From a virus (lineage: Duplodnaviria; Caudoviricetes), in the IMG/VR virus record IMGVR_UViG_3300002514_008521, positions 1-64,000 of that record: a stretch of DNA of 64,000 bases; one strand, given 5' to 3'. Below are positions 29,302 to 39,463 of this stretch, one piece after another (the first letter of the stretch is position 1; each line of letters begins with the position of its first letter). Position numbers and translations under genes: made by a program. The notes beneath the pieces are model-generated. The model searched no databases, was not told the DNA's origin, and was given only the letters and a program-made list of their open reading frames with translations.

Positions 29302-29401
29302 TTTGCTTATTTCCGTAAGTCATTTGCAATATTAACAATATCCACTAAAGAGTTTAAGTCTATTCAAATTTTAAAAAGTACACAAGTATTGATTACTTGG
29401 T

Positions 29402-29407
29402 TATAAT
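29402..29407 (+). promoter_or_regulatory. Perfect -10 box TATAAT 6 nt before the ATG of the inverted dioxygenase gene
   Basis: TATAAT taagga ATG; no clear -35. Confidence 0.5.
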
Positions 29408-29413
29408 TAAGGA

Positions 29414-30463
29414 ATGATTACTAAAGAAAACATTGAAGACTTAATCAAAGAATTGCATGGTAAGGAATATTGCGGTTATGAAAACTTTAAATCCCGCCTA
29501 GCAAACACGATTGATAAAGACAAAAAAAATGAAATACTGAATTCTTTTATTGAGGGCTACGACTTACTATCTCATGCTCTACACACATTTGACATGTTAA
29601 GAAATCATGAAATATCTAAGTGTAACAAGCATAAGTTAATATTGAATGAATTGTGTACCAATGGTATCTATAAATGGGAAAATTTATTTGTAGAAAATGA
29701 CATGATAAAAATAACACAATTTATCTCTGCGATTGAAGAAGCGTTGGGTAGTGATATCACAGGAGGAGGTAAGGTACAATTATACCAAAATAATACACCT
29801 ACAGGAATCCAAACATTAGCTAAAAATGATCATAGCATGCCACATCACGGAGAGCTTAGGTGTCAATCTAAGAGCCTGGGTGGTCACCCTCCTGGTGTTG
29901 AAATATTGGCAGGAAATGAGAAACTTCTAAACACAGCAAAAGAATATATGGTGAACCCAGACACGACATTTTATCGTTCTACAATTTCATGGCTAAACCC
30001 TGCTGAGAATACACACATTGGATGGCACATTGATAGTGTTTATGATGTACTAAAGGTCATGATATTTTTAACTGATGTTGGGCTAGAAAATGGGCCCATG
30101 TACTTTCTCAAAAAAACAAATACATCTACCTACAATACAGTTAATAAATTTAGACACAATGTATTTTTATGGAAGCCATCAAAAGAAAAAGCACCAAGAA
30201 TGTCTGATTCATATCATGAACTAGTTCATGATCCCGATCCAACGGCGTTGGAGAAAGAAGCAATAATAAGCGTCGGTGGTGATATGTTCGAAAGAGTAGT
30301 TGCTACCGGGAAAAGAGGCGATGCTATTCTCTTTGAAACTTCAGCAGTCCATAGTGGCAATAGGGCCCTAGAGACAAGAAAGACAGTAATATTATCGACA
30401 CCAAATGAAATATCAACGCCTAAAAATATATTTTTGTCTTATATCGGATACCCACGAAAATAA
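29414..30463 (+). CDS. PhyH-like 2OG-Fe(II) dioxygenase
   Basis: GWHIDS (HxD), KVMIFLTDVGLENGPM, GDAILFETSAVHSG (distal His). Confidence 0.8.
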   Translation: MITKENIEDLIKELHGKEYCGYENFKSRLANTIDKDKKNEILNSFIEGYDLLSHALHTFDMLRNHEISKCNKHKLILNELCTNGIYKWENLFVENDMIKITQFISAIEEALGSDITGGGKVQLYQNNTPTGIQTLAKNDHSMPHHGELRCQSKSLGGHPPGVEILAGNEKLLNTAKEYMVNPDTTFYRSTISWLNPAENTHIGWHIDSVYDVLKVMIFLTDVGLENGPMYFLKKTNTSTYNTVNKFRHNVFLWKPSKEKAPRMSDSYHELVHDPDPTALEKEAIISVGGDMFERVVATGKRGDAILFETSAVHSGNRALETRKTVILSTPNEISTPKNIFLSYIGYPRK

Positions 30464-30470
30464 TTGACAA

Positions 30471-30872
30471 TTACCAACTGATTTCCCAATCCTTAAACTC
30501 AGCTGCCAAACAGTCAACCTTATAATCTTTTCGGCCGCCGGCAATTTCCTGAACTTTATTTTTGGCGGTGTTACGAATACCATTTAGACCATGGGTTAGC
30601 TCTAGGTTATTGCCATCTTTAATACCTTTTCGGTAGTTCGACTCGTTGTGCCAAATGTGTAAATTCATTTGTGACAATACAACAATCGCTCTTATTACCT
30701 CAGCGGTAACAGGTTGATTACTTTCATCTAGGTGCTGCTGAATATCATGGACTATATCAGATATTTCTTTTGCATATTCACTCTTGTGCTCAGTTATAAA
30801 AACTTCTTTTAGTTGAACTATGCTTAGTCTATCTATAAGCTCAGACAGTGTAGGTAAATACTTTCTATTCAT
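30471..30872 (-). CDS. Hypothetical protein of the branched-sugar module (133 aa)
   Basis: Start moved to MNRKYLPTLSELIDRLSIVQLKE, just after the upstream stop; helical. Confidence 0.65.
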   Translation of the reverse strand: MNRKYLPTLSELIDRLSIVQLKEVFITEHKSEYAKEISDIVHDIQQHLDESNQPVTAEVIRAIVVLSQMNLHIWHNESNYRKGIKDGNNLELTHGLNGIRNTAKNKVQEIAGGRKDYKVDCLAAEFKDWEISW

Positions 30873-30876
30873 AATT

Positions 30877-32055
30877 TTAAATCTCGTTGATTGTATTGCA
30901 TAATGTAATAATTTGCTCTTCTGTAACCTCTGTATGATTCCCCAAATAAAGACCATACGTGTGAATATGATCTAGGTTACTGAGAGTGTGGGTCGTATAT
31001 TTTCCGGAATATTTTTCAAAATACGGTTGCCTAATCTGGTTTCCGCCACCGGCGGTGCCAACCCTAAACTCTATATCATTTTGACTCAAACATGTTTTTA
31101 CATGTTCAAATAATACAGGATCCGAATCATTTAAAATCAGCGGCAATGAAAAATTACTAGAACCTTCTTTTCTAAACTTTGTCTGATATTTTTCTTGTGA
31201 TAGGTTGTCCAACCAGGTATCTAGATTATTTTGTCGTATAGTGATATTCTGATCCAGACGCTTAAGCTGATTTCTTCCTATAACTGCATTTATTTCAGTT
31301 GAGCGCATGTTATAACCGGGCATCGCAAATGTAAATAGAGGGTTCAAATGAGGGTATTTTTCTTGGTATTTTTGCCTAGTCTGTGGTGAGGCCTCTCTCG
31401 TCATGCCATGTGATCTCAACATTCGGACCACATCATGAATCTCATCATTATTTGTGCAAACAGTACCACCCTCTATGGTTGTCATATGATGCCCAAAATA
31501 GAAAGAGAAATTAGACATATCACCGAACGTACCTACCTTTTTCCCATTGAATGTTGCCCCATGGGACTCGCAACAATCTTCTATTAGAATTAAATTATTG
31601 TCCTTTATTATCTGTAGCATCTTATCGGTCAAGGCATTAAAGCCTAGAATATGTGTGACTAAAACTGCCTTTGTGTCTTTTGTGATTGCATTTTCAAATG
31701 CATCAGTATCTATGGACATAGTCTGGCGATTTACATCAACAAACACAGGATGAAAGTCATGGACAAGCAACGGGACAATATCTGAGACCCACCCAAAAGG
31801 GCTAGTGATTATTTCCCCGGTCCCTATCATTTCCTTTAATGCGGAAACCATGATCCAGTTTGCGGAGGCTCCGGAATTAACATACGTTGTATTTTTAACG
31901 CCCAACCAGTCGGACCACTCTTTTTCAAAGGCTGCAACATTTTTGCTTTGTGTAAATCTAACATCAGGTGTTGTTATAAACTCTACCAGCTTATCTTTAT
32001 CGTCTTGTACAATATTATCATTAATTAGCTGCCAGGCGAATTTATTTTTTTCCAT
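30877..32055 (-). CDS. PMP-dependent NDP-4-keto-6-deoxyhexose 3-dehydratase (ColD/RfbH-E1 type)
   Basis: DegT fold with His in place of the Schiff-base Lys: SFYFGHHMTTIEGG; EDCCESHGA. Confidence 0.75.
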   Translation of the reverse strand: MEKNKFAWQLINDNIVQDDKDKLVEFITTPDVRFTQSKNVAAFEKEWSDWLGVKNTTYVNSGASANWIMVSALKEMIGTGEIITSPFGWVSDIVPLLVHDFHPVFVDVNRQTMSIDTDAFENAITKDTKAVLVTHILGFNALTDKMLQIIKDNNLILIEDCCESHGATFNGKKVGTFGDMSNFSFYFGHHMTTIEGGTVCTNNDEIHDVVRMLRSHGMTREASPQTRQKYQEKYPHLNPLFTFAMPGYNMRSTEINAVIGRNQLKRLDQNITIRQNNLDTWLDNLSQEKYQTKFRKEGSSNFSLPLILNDSDPVLFEHVKTCLSQNDIEFRVGTAGGGNQIRQPYFEKYSGKYTTHTLSNLDHIHTYGLYLGNHTEVTEEQIITLCNTINEI

Positions 32056-32578
32056 AATATTCACCATGTTCTATTAAAAGTGTAGATCTTCCATCCGTTC
32101 TTTCATATGCTTTTTTGAATGCTGGAAAGATGTCCTCCGGCTCCATTAGCTCTATTAATTCAACATCAGTCAACATTTTTCTAAATGCATCGGCATGATT
32201 TTGTGTATGTTGAGGCCCGGCGTCGATGGGATCTCGTGAACCAACTGAGACTCTTATTATCACCTTCGGCGTCATATCACCTGTGGACATATCTCGAATT
32301 TTGTCTAAATGATTTACAAGCTGATTGGCCGCCAAAATAAAAAAATCAAAACGTGGATATAGCGTTACGGTGACGAATCCCTCTAGGGCCATCCCCGTAG
32401 ATAATCCAAGTTGGGTTTCTTCAAAAACTGGCATCTCTATTCTTTTATCAAGAGGAACTTTTTCTAGTGTACTGGAGATTGCGTGACCGGAGACCCTGCA
32501 TGCTTGACCCAAGAAGACCACATCATCCTTTTCCCCTAACCACTCCATTGCATTTATTAACTCTGTCTTATATTTCAT
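32042..32578 (-). CDS. ThDP enzyme beta subunit (transketolase/PDH E1-beta pyrimidine-binding domain only)
   Basis: EMPVFEETQLGLSTGMALEG, NQLVNHLDK, AGPQH; no C-terminal domain. Confidence 0.85.
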   Translation of the reverse strand: MKYKTELINAMEWLGEKDDVVFLGQACRVSGHAISSTLEKVPLDKRIEMPVFEETQLGLSTGMALEGFVTVTLYPRFDFFILAANQLVNHLDKIRDMSTGDMTPKVIIRVSVGSRDPIDAGPQHTQNHADAFRKMLTDVELIELMEPEDIFPAFKKAYERTDGRSTLLIEHGEYYGKK

Positions 32579-33205
32579 TTAAAAATTCACCCATTTGCCG
32601 GTTCCGTGATGAGGATATCCTAACTTATATTTGTAGTAAATAACGTCATCAGGAATTGCCTGTTTCTTACCCCATGCCATCTCTGTGTTTGTATGAACGC
32701 TTATATCATTATCTTCAATTACCCACTGAATTGGTAAATCAAAGTTTTTAGCGTACTTGTAACATTCATGAAAAACACCGGTCTCCGATGTCATGTCTCC
32801 TACAAAGCACCACACCATTTTTTCCGATTTTTTTCTTTGTAGCGCCATGGCGGTCCCGACGGCTAGTGGGATTACACCACCTACAATTGATGAGGCGTAA
32901 AAATTAGGGTTTATATTATTTGTTCCCATACTCTTACCGGACATGATGGAGTTTAAAAGCTTTGTTTCATCAACGCCGTGTAACAATGCATGATAATGAT
33001 TTCTCCATGGAACAAAAACCCAGTCATCTTTATCAATGTACTGAAATATTTCAATCAATTCATCTTCATTATTTTTTGATAAATGTATGGGCCCGCGAAT
33101 ATTTCCCGCCTCATACTCTGTCTTTATTTTTTCCTCGAACTGAATTAAAAAATCGGGACTAGTATTAATTTTCCTCTTCTTTTTTAAATGACTAGGTATT
33201 TTCAT
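32579..33205 (-). CDS. ThDP enzyme alpha subunit (PDH E1-alpha-like, short)
   Basis: GPIHLS, SSIVGG, ThDP-binding GDMTSETG...EDND motif. Confidence 0.85.
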   Translation of the reverse strand: MKIPSHLKKKRKINTSPDFLIQFEEKIKTEYEAGNIRGPIHLSKNNEDELIEIFQYIDKDDWVFVPWRNHYHALLHGVDETKLLNSIMSGKSMGTNNINPNFYASSIVGGVIPLAVGTAMALQRKKSEKMVWCFVGDMTSETGVFHECYKYAKNFDLPIQWVIEDNDISVHTNTEMAWGKKQAIPDDVIYYKYKLGYPHHGTGKWVNF

Positions 33206-33700
33206 TTATGCATCTCTCTTTTGTAATATTGGATCGGATATCGGCCAATGAATGTTGATATTCGGATCATTCCATTTAATTGTAAACTGATCTTCTACAT
33301 CTGGATAATTTCCTGAGTATGCCCACTTGTAGTGGAATACAGAACTTTCACTAAGAACTAAAAATCCATTGCCTACACCCGGAGGTAGTAAAACCTGTTT
33401 TCTTCTTTTGTCATCCAAGACCATGGTTTCATGTTGTCCATATGTGGAGGAGTTTTCCCTATTATCGACTATCACAAAATATAGTTCCCCCAAAAGACAT
33501 GTTATTAATTTATGTGACTTAAAGTCGCCATGAATACCACGTAGAACACCTTTTCTTGATGTTGAGACCTTATCATGATTAAACTTAATTTGAGGTTGAA
33601 ACTCTTCATCTTTCCATAGAGTCCATAAGTCTCCCCTGAAATCTGTATAGACATCAGGTTCATAAATAACAACACCATGTATTTTAGATTTTGGCATCAA
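33206..33700 (-). CDS. NDP-4-keto-6-deoxyhexose 3,5-epimerase (RmlC family)
   Basis: DFRG, GVLRGIHG, KLITCLLGELY, PPGVGNGF, WNDPNINIHWP. Confidence 0.88.
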   Translation of the reverse strand: MMPKSKIHGVVIYEPDVYTDFRGDLWTLWKDEEFQPQIKFNHDKVSTSRKGVLRGIHGDFKSHKLITCLLGELYFVIVDNRENSSTYGQHETMVLDDKRRKQVLLPPGVGNGFLVLSESSVFHYKWAYSGNYPDVEDQFTIKWNDPNINIHWPISDPILQKRDA

Positions 33701-35211
33701 TCACCCAAAAGCTTCCGTTTCAATCTATGTTTTGTCATCTTTTCAATCTCTGCCCTGGTCTTTTTACCAAATTTATTTTCTATAAATGCTAGATAGTTAG
33801 GATCTTCATAATAATCATGAAATGCTTGATCTCTAAACCTAATAACATCGGCTGCGGTTATTTTCTTTGTGTCTAGTGGTCTCATATCATAAGAGTGTTG
33901 TGAATAGCCAGAGTATGTCTGGGGTAATGACCAGCCATTTTTTATAGCATCCAAGTAAAGTCGTGATCCAGGATATGCCATAGTGCAGTAAAAATTAACA
34001 AATTCGCAATTTAGATCCTTAGCTAACTCGTATGTCTCTTTCATAGATGCTATATCATCTTCTGGTAGGCCAAAGATAAAGTTTCCAATGACATTAATGT
34101 TTGCGTCTTGTATCTTTTTGACAAGATCTTTTATCTTTACCTCCGTGAATTTTCCCTTTACAACATCTTTTCGTACAACGGTGTTTCCTGACTCGATTCC
34201 TAGTGCTAACCAGTTTACACCGGCCTCTTTTAAGATGTCCAGGTATTCTTCTTTGACGGTATCTATCCTGGCGTATGCCCATATATTGAAATTATATTTT
34301 CTATCTATTATTTTCTTACAAAGCTCTAAGAAGTGTGATTTGTTCATTACAAACATCTCATCTGCAATCTTTATATTTTTTATTCCCATGTCATGGAGCT
34401 TATCGAATTCTTTTATAATAAATTCAGGATCCCAAAATCTAAACTTATTTCTACCATAGTTCCAGTTTTCTACATTATTATTACCAAAAGGTGCATTAAT
34501 GCAGCAAAAGCTGCACTTAAATGGACAACCTAAACTAGTATAAAGGGATGCAAAATTTTGTCTGTCATTATTATTCGACATTGCATGCCAATTGGACGTT
34601 CGGTATTTGTCCATGGGTAATAGATCCCATGCCATGCCGGGCAGCTCCGTTGCCAAGTCTTTCTGATTTATGATAGGTGCCGGGTGTGTACACTTAACAA
34701 CACCATTATCATGATACCATAGTCCTGGTACCTTGCTAAGCTCATCAGGATCATTCAAGTCATGACATTCCAGTAGTCCACAAATTGTCTTTGGACCTTC
34801 TCCTTGGCACACAAAATCTGTGTCTTCTTCCTGAAGGGTTTTTCTAGATAAAGCTGATGGGTGTAGGCCGAGTAGTAATGTTTTGGTCTCATTATCAATT
34901 TGTCTTAAAAGGCCTAGGGTCTCCCTTACGCCGGCCATATTTTGTGTTGAAGCAGAAGGTTGTTGACCATAAACCACAAAGACATTTAATTTAGCCTTCC
35001 GACTTGATATCTCTAGTGCACTTTGTTGGTATGTTAATCTTTCTGCCTCACAGTCTAATATTTGTGTACTATACCCTCGATTCCTGGTATGGTTGGCTAA
35101 AAGAGCTGCCCAAATAGGGGGCTCAATTGCAGACAAATCTTTACTGAGTTCCTGATAGATTTTTCCCGAAGCGTTGGGATGAATAAAAAGTACGTCTAAC
35201 ATATTAATCAC
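33697..35211 (-). CDS. Cobalamin-binding radical SAM protein (class B methyltransferase-like)
   Basis: N-terminal B12-binding region (PPIWAALLA; GLHPSAL), CPFKCSFC, GIESG, GNFIFGLP, AYPGS. Confidence 0.88.
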   Translation of the reverse strand: MINMLDVLFIHPNASGKIYQELSKDLSAIEPPIWAALLANHTRNRGYSTQILDCEAERLTYQQSALEISSRKAKLNVFVVYGQQPSASTQNMAGVRETLGLLRQIDNETKTLLLGLHPSALSRKTLQEEDTDFVCQGEGPKTICGLLECHDLNDPDELSKVPGLWYHDNGVVKCTHPAPIINQKDLATELPGMAWDLLPMDKYRTSNWHAMSNNNDRQNFASLYTSLGCPFKCSFCCINAPFGNNNVENWNYGRNKFRFWDPEFIIKEFDKLHDMGIKNIKIADEMFVMNKSHFLELCKKIIDRKYNFNIWAYARIDTVKEEYLDILKEAGVNWLALGIESGNTVVRKDVVKGKFTEVKIKDLVKKIQDANINVIGNFIFGLPEDDIASMKETYELAKDLNCEFVNFYCTMAYPGSRLYLDAIKNGWSLPQTYSGYSQHSYDMRPLDTKKITAADVIRFRDQAFHDYYEDPNYLAFIENKFGKKTRAEIEKMTKHRLKRKLLGD

Positions 35212-35212
35212 A

Positions 35213-36229
35213 TTACCTGGTTAAAAACGCGCCGTGCTTTTTAACCCTCTCCCTCCAATAGCTCAATAAGTCATCCATTGTTTTCTCGAATGCTATTTGC
35301 GGTTCCCAACCTGTATGGTTTGAAAACTTTGTGGTATCCGGTACTTGTAAGTTTGCATCAATAGGACGCATTCTTTCTGGATCCTGGATAATTTCAATAT
35401 TTTTTACGCTTGATTTTGACACCAAGTACTCAAGCATTTCGCCTATCGTACATGTATGTGTTCCACCGATATTATAATATTCGCCTGCAGTAGGATTAAT
35501 CGTCACCAGCATATGGTATGCCCTGACAGCATCTCTTACATCTGCCCATGTTCTTAGTGAATTTAAGTTGCCTACTTTTATTTGGGGATTTATAAACTTA
35601 TTTTCTATCATGGCTATCTGCTTTGCAAAAGTTGACTCTGCAAATACATCACCTCTTCTTGGGCCGGTGTGCGTAAACATTCTAGTTGTCATTACACACA
35701 TATCATATGCTTCAGCATAATATCGACCAAGCAAGTCAGTCCCAACCTTTGATATTGCATAAGGGGATGCGGGGTGAAAGGGCGCATCTTCATTTATAGG
35801 TAAGAACTCCTGTGGTACTTTCCCAAATACTTCTGATGATGCGCAGACATGCACCACAGGCCGAGTGTCACTTAATCTTGCTGCTTCTAATAACTTTGCG
35901 GTGCCCAATATATTGGTATTAAGTGTATCTATCGGTGCTACGAAACTAGTCTGTGGGTATGATTGCGCGGCTAGATGAAAAATAAAATCAGGGGGATGTT
36001 CCTTAATACATTTTTCTATAGATGACTGGTCATTGAGATCACCAAAAAAAAGACAAATCCTATCCTTATTATTGATCCTAGAAAATAAATGACCTATGTT
36101 ATCTAAGGAATCATTCCACCTAAGAAACCCCACAATATTCCAGTCAGTATTTTGTAATAAAAAGTCACTTAAATGTGAGCCCACCATTCCTGCAATGCCT
36201 GTGATAAGCGCTGTTTTATTTTTTTTCAT
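35213..36229 (-). CDS. Extended SDR, GDP-mannose 4,6-dehydratase/Rmd-like
   Basis: ITGIAGMVGSHL, HLAAQS, SPYAISK (YxxxK), GNLNSLRTWADVRDAV. Confidence 0.85.
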   Translation of the reverse strand: MKKNKTALITGIAGMVGSHLSDFLLQNTDWNIVGFLRWNDSLDNIGHLFSRINNKDRICLFFGDLNDQSSIEKCIKEHPPDFIFHLAAQSYPQTSFVAPIDTLNTNILGTAKLLEAARLSDTRPVVHVCASSEVFGKVPQEFLPINEDAPFHPASPYAISKVGTDLLGRYYAEAYDMCVMTTRMFTHTGPRRGDVFAESTFAKQIAMIENKFINPQIKVGNLNSLRTWADVRDAVRAYHMLVTINPTAGEYYNIGGTHTCTIGEMLEYLVSKSSVKNIEIIQDPERMRPIDANLQVPDTTKFSNHTGWEPQIAFEKTMDDLLSYWRERVKKHGAFLTR

Positions 36230-37116
36230 TGTGGCACATTTATCCTATCAAACATGTCATCAGTTCCTAACGGGCGATGACGCAGATGTGTATATCTTGA
36301 ATGTATTTCGTCCAGATCACAAACTGTAAAAAGAATATAATCAGGATCAGACAAAGTGTTTTTATTTATTTGTTCAATATACTCGGCACGACTATCATTA
36401 TGAAACCATATGGACGGTGGAATTGCCTTGTATAGTCTCTTGAGACCTAGATCTTTTGACTTGTTGATGAAATTATTTATTGTTGCATGAGGATCGTCTT
36501 CATCTCCTAACACAAATTTGCCAAGTTGTTCATAAATACTACGATGGCACAAGTATGTCGGATCCCATTTTGTATTATGTACTGGAAAGTATAAAATGTT
36601 TTCTATTTCTTGGTATTGAGAATAACTGTTGTTGTCTTTAAAGTACTTGTAGTTTTGCATGGCAGTAAAGTTTATCATGTTTGATTCTTTACCTACGGTA
36701 TCCAATAAAGTAATGTAGTCTTGGATTACATTTCCTTTGCACACGAACTGATTGTCCTCAGCTAAGAACACAAAATATTCACCTGCTGCTTTTTTGCTAG
36801 CGGCTTCCAAAGATGACATGTAGCATACATACCATGGTACATCATCAGAAAAATCAAGAAATAAGCATGTCTTATCTATATTGGTTTTTGAGCTTTTTAT
36901 AATTGATGTTGTCGTTCCATCAAAGTTTACAAAGTTTTTGCCAAAATCAATTCTTGAAAACCAGTCCCTTACGTCTTTGTTACCGGCAGACTCTACTAGA
37001 ATTAACTCTACATCGGGATATTCATTACATACTAAAAAAGATTTGATTAAATTTTGAAGAAGTGGAATAAATTCTACCTTTCCGTTATGAAATGCTATAG
37101 AAACCTTACATGTCAT
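36226..37116 (-). CDS. Putative GT-A-fold glycosyltransferase
   Basis: ELILVES, AAGEYFVFLAEDNQF pattern; weak. Confidence 0.5.
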   Translation of the reverse strand: MTCKVSIAFHNGKVEFIPLLQNLIKSFLVCNEYPDVELILVESAGNKDVRDWFSRIDFGKNFVNFDGTTTSIIKSSKTNIDKTCLFLDFSDDVPWYVCYMSSLEAASKKAAGEYFVFLAEDNQFVCKGNVIQDYITLLDTVGKESNMINFTAMQNYKYFKDNNSYSQYQEIENILYFPVHNTKWDPTYLCHRSIYEQLGKFVLGDEDDPHATINNFINKSKDLGLKRLYKAIPPSIWFHNDSRAEYIEQINKNTLSDPDYILFTVCDLDEIHSRYTHLRHRPLGTDDMFDRINVPQ

Positions 37117-37906
37117 TTTTGTATTTTTTTACCTCATCATAATTAACAACTGCAACACCAAACTTATTAACTACAATTGCCGCGCAATAGTTTGCAAAGG
37201 GTATTGATTTTTCGATGCTTTTTGTGTCTAAGTACATTTTAACCAATGCAGCTAAAAATGTATCACCTGCACCGCATACATCCCTATTTTCAGCTCTCTC
37301 ATCTGCTTGGACTTCATGGGGTGAAAAAATAGTTCCATTGTATGATGCCCCACACTTTCCTAATGTTGTTATTAACTGAAAATTTTGGGGGAAATCAACC
37401 ACTTTTTTATTTTCAAATGTATTGATTTTGATTATGCAACTTTCAAAACATTGTAGATCTTCTTTTTTAGAATCAACGAAGACAGGCTTTTGATGCTCTA
37501 CAAATCTCTTACATAACACAGATGCATCTGCGTTCTTGATAAAGCCTTTATCATAATCAGATATTACACATGCATCGTATTCTTTAATATCAATCTTATT
37601 GATCTCCTCAATAGACATATGTTTAATTTCATGAGGTTCGTTATCTAGTCTTAGTAAGTGATGCATATGTTGAGATGACACTATACGCGTTTTTGTTATT
37701 TCTTCTTGGTGCGTAATTATATCAACATTTAATCCTAGTGATGTCATATTTTTAAGGACATTACTAGCCATACCCGGTCGAGATTCTCGATAATCCTCAA
37801 CAAAAATTGGTACAGGCGCTTCTGGACTTAGCCTTGAGCACTCGCCAAAAACATACACATCAGTACAACTATCACCTACTAATAAGATTTTATGTTTTTT
37901 ATCCAT
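37106..37906 (-). CDS. Heptose-7-phosphate kinase domain (HldE N-terminal / RfaE1, PfkB family)
   Basis: RLSPEAPVPI, PGMASNV, ISDYDKG, DVCGAGDTF. Confidence 0.88.
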   Translation of the reverse strand: MDKKHKILLVGDSCTDVYVFGECSRLSPEAPVPIFVEDYRESRPGMASNVLKNMTSLGLNVDIITHQEEITKTRIVSSQHMHHLLRLDNEPHEIKHMSIEEINKIDIKEYDACVISDYDKGFIKNADASVLCKRFVEHQKPVFVDSKKEDLQCFESCIIKINTFENKKVVDFPQNFQLITTLGKCGASYNGTIFSPHEVQADERAENRDVCGAGDTFLAALVKMYLDTKSIEKSIPFANYCAAIVVNKFGVAVVNYDEVKKYKNDM

Positions 37907-37923
37907 CAGTCGCCTATCATATG

Positions 37924-38802
37924 TTATGATTTTTTAAAAGTATCCATAAAATCTATCTTGAAACCCGGCGTCTTTAGCATCATTCCCCCAGGTACGTATG
38001 AATCGTCTACTGTCTTCCATGACATTTTCATAGAATTATTTTCTAACACTATTTTTACCCACCTACCTTCACAAATATTATGATCTAAAAATAACCCTTC
38101 TAAATTAAAGATATTATGTTGGTGAGTAGTCATTGTGACTGGTTCTAGATCCTTCTCATAGGTTTTATTCCCAGTATGATAATTGCTATATACGCTAAAT
38201 AAAGCACCCTCGTTAGCTAATTCATTAACTGCAGCGCCTAACATGCCTTCAAAAGATATTCCAGCGCGCAAATAAGTATCTTTATTGAAGTCAAGCTTTT
38301 TATGTAGTGCCATTGCAGCAGATGATGAAATATATAACGGACCAGGTGCTACATATCCGGATGGCAACTTTCCACTAAAGGTGGGAATATATCTTACGCA
38401 CGCTCCAGCATCAGGTATATTGAAGTAGGGTTGCAGGAATTTTTTACTATCAACTGGATATATGTCACACTCAGTGTATATAAAGTTGTCTATCTCATCA
38501 TTATTTGACATGATAGACATAATAGAACTAATTGCCTCTAGAGGTTGCTTTCTTTTTGCTTCCTGCTTGTGTCCGTTACTGACATTAATACCTTCCTTAC
38601 AATTTTCATCACAGATAGGATAGAAAAAGTCGATTAGTGTATGATCAATCTGATCGTGATACTCTTTTAAAGTATCAGTGCTTAAATTACAGAATACATG
38701 AGTAATAAAATTTTGATCAAAGTTATTCTTGAGTATATCAAGGTATAAATTCAAACACTCAAAACGATAACTAACTAAAATGGCAACATGTATTTTATTC
38801 AT
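37924..38802 (-). CDS. Hypothetical protein, possibly GT-A-like
   Basis: Start moved to MNKIHVAILVS; FIYTECDIYP DxD-like motif. Confidence 0.45.
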   Translation of the reverse strand: MNKIHVAILVSYRFECLNLYLDILKNNFDQNFITHVFCNLSTDTLKEYHDQIDHTLIDFFYPICDENCKEGINVSNGHKQEAKRKQPLEAISSIMSIMSNNDEIDNFIYTECDIYPVDSKKFLQPYFNIPDAGACVRYIPTFSGKLPSGYVAPGPLYISSSAAMALHKKLDFNKDTYLRAGISFEGMLGAAVNELANEGALFSVYSNYHTGNKTYEKDLEPVTMTTHQHNIFNLEGLFLDHNICEGRWVKIVLENNSMKMSWKTVDDSYVPGGMMLKTPGFKIDFMDTFKKS

Positions 38803-39463
38803 TACAAATAAACTCCACTTTTTTAAAAAGAAGCCTTCCATGTGTATCTTCAATAAACGCGTTTGGGTAAGGTTCTTCGCGGCACCTAATAAAGTCATAT
38901 AACTCTACAGTGGTCATGGAAGATATCTTATCCCCTGTAAGGCTACTATCTGATGGTTTTAGTCTTTTTCTTAAAATTCTATCACCGGTTTGCTTGAAGA
39001 ACTTTAAGTCCGGATAATCTTTCATTAATTTTTTCATTATCTCTATACTTGAAAGTGTTAAGCTATTAAATATTTCATTGATTCCACCTGATAGGTTCAA
39101 ATCTTCCTTATACAGGAAATCACCTTCGTCTATTTTTTCGTCTAACTTAAATAGAGTCATTTTTGTTGAAGTTACACCATCTAAAATCTGATTTTGAATA
39201 GGAGATCCACCTGAATAGCTTGGAAGGTCAGAGGGATGTAAGCCCACAAATAGGTTGCTTGAAAGATCACCTCTTTTTATAATCCAGCTCCACCCGGCCA
39301 GAATTATGATTCCTACATTTTTTATCTGAAGTAGATCATCAAGCTGTGCAGGGGTTTTTGCAAGATGCCATGTATAGGTGTCATACTCTGTCTCTAAGAA
39401 CTCGAATATCTTTAATGCCCACCCCCGGTATCCTGCGAATATTATGGAGTTACTATTATTCAT
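38795..39463 (-). CDS. Methionyl-tRNA formyltransferase-like sugar formyltransferase
   Basis: LAGWSWII, GLHPSDLPSYSGGSPIQNQI, IDEGD, PYPNAF; start at MNNSN (ATGA overlap). Confidence 0.85.
   Translation of the reverse strand: MNNSNSIIFAGYRGWALKIFEFLETEYDTYTWHLAKTPAQLDDLLQIKNVGIIILAGWSWIIKRGDLSSNLFVGLHPSDLPSYSGGSPIQNQILDGVTSTKMTLFKLDEKIDEGDFLYKEDLNLSGGINEIFNSLTLSSIEIMKKLMKDYPDLKFFKQTGDRILRKRLKPSDSSLTGDKISSMTTVELYDFIRCREEPYPNAFIEDTHGRLLFKKVEFICNE

Noticed and set aside
32042-33205. Pyruvate dehydrogenase as a metabolic auxiliary gene
   Set aside because: Both subunits are truncated, there is no E2/E3, and they are embedded among sugar-modifying genes.
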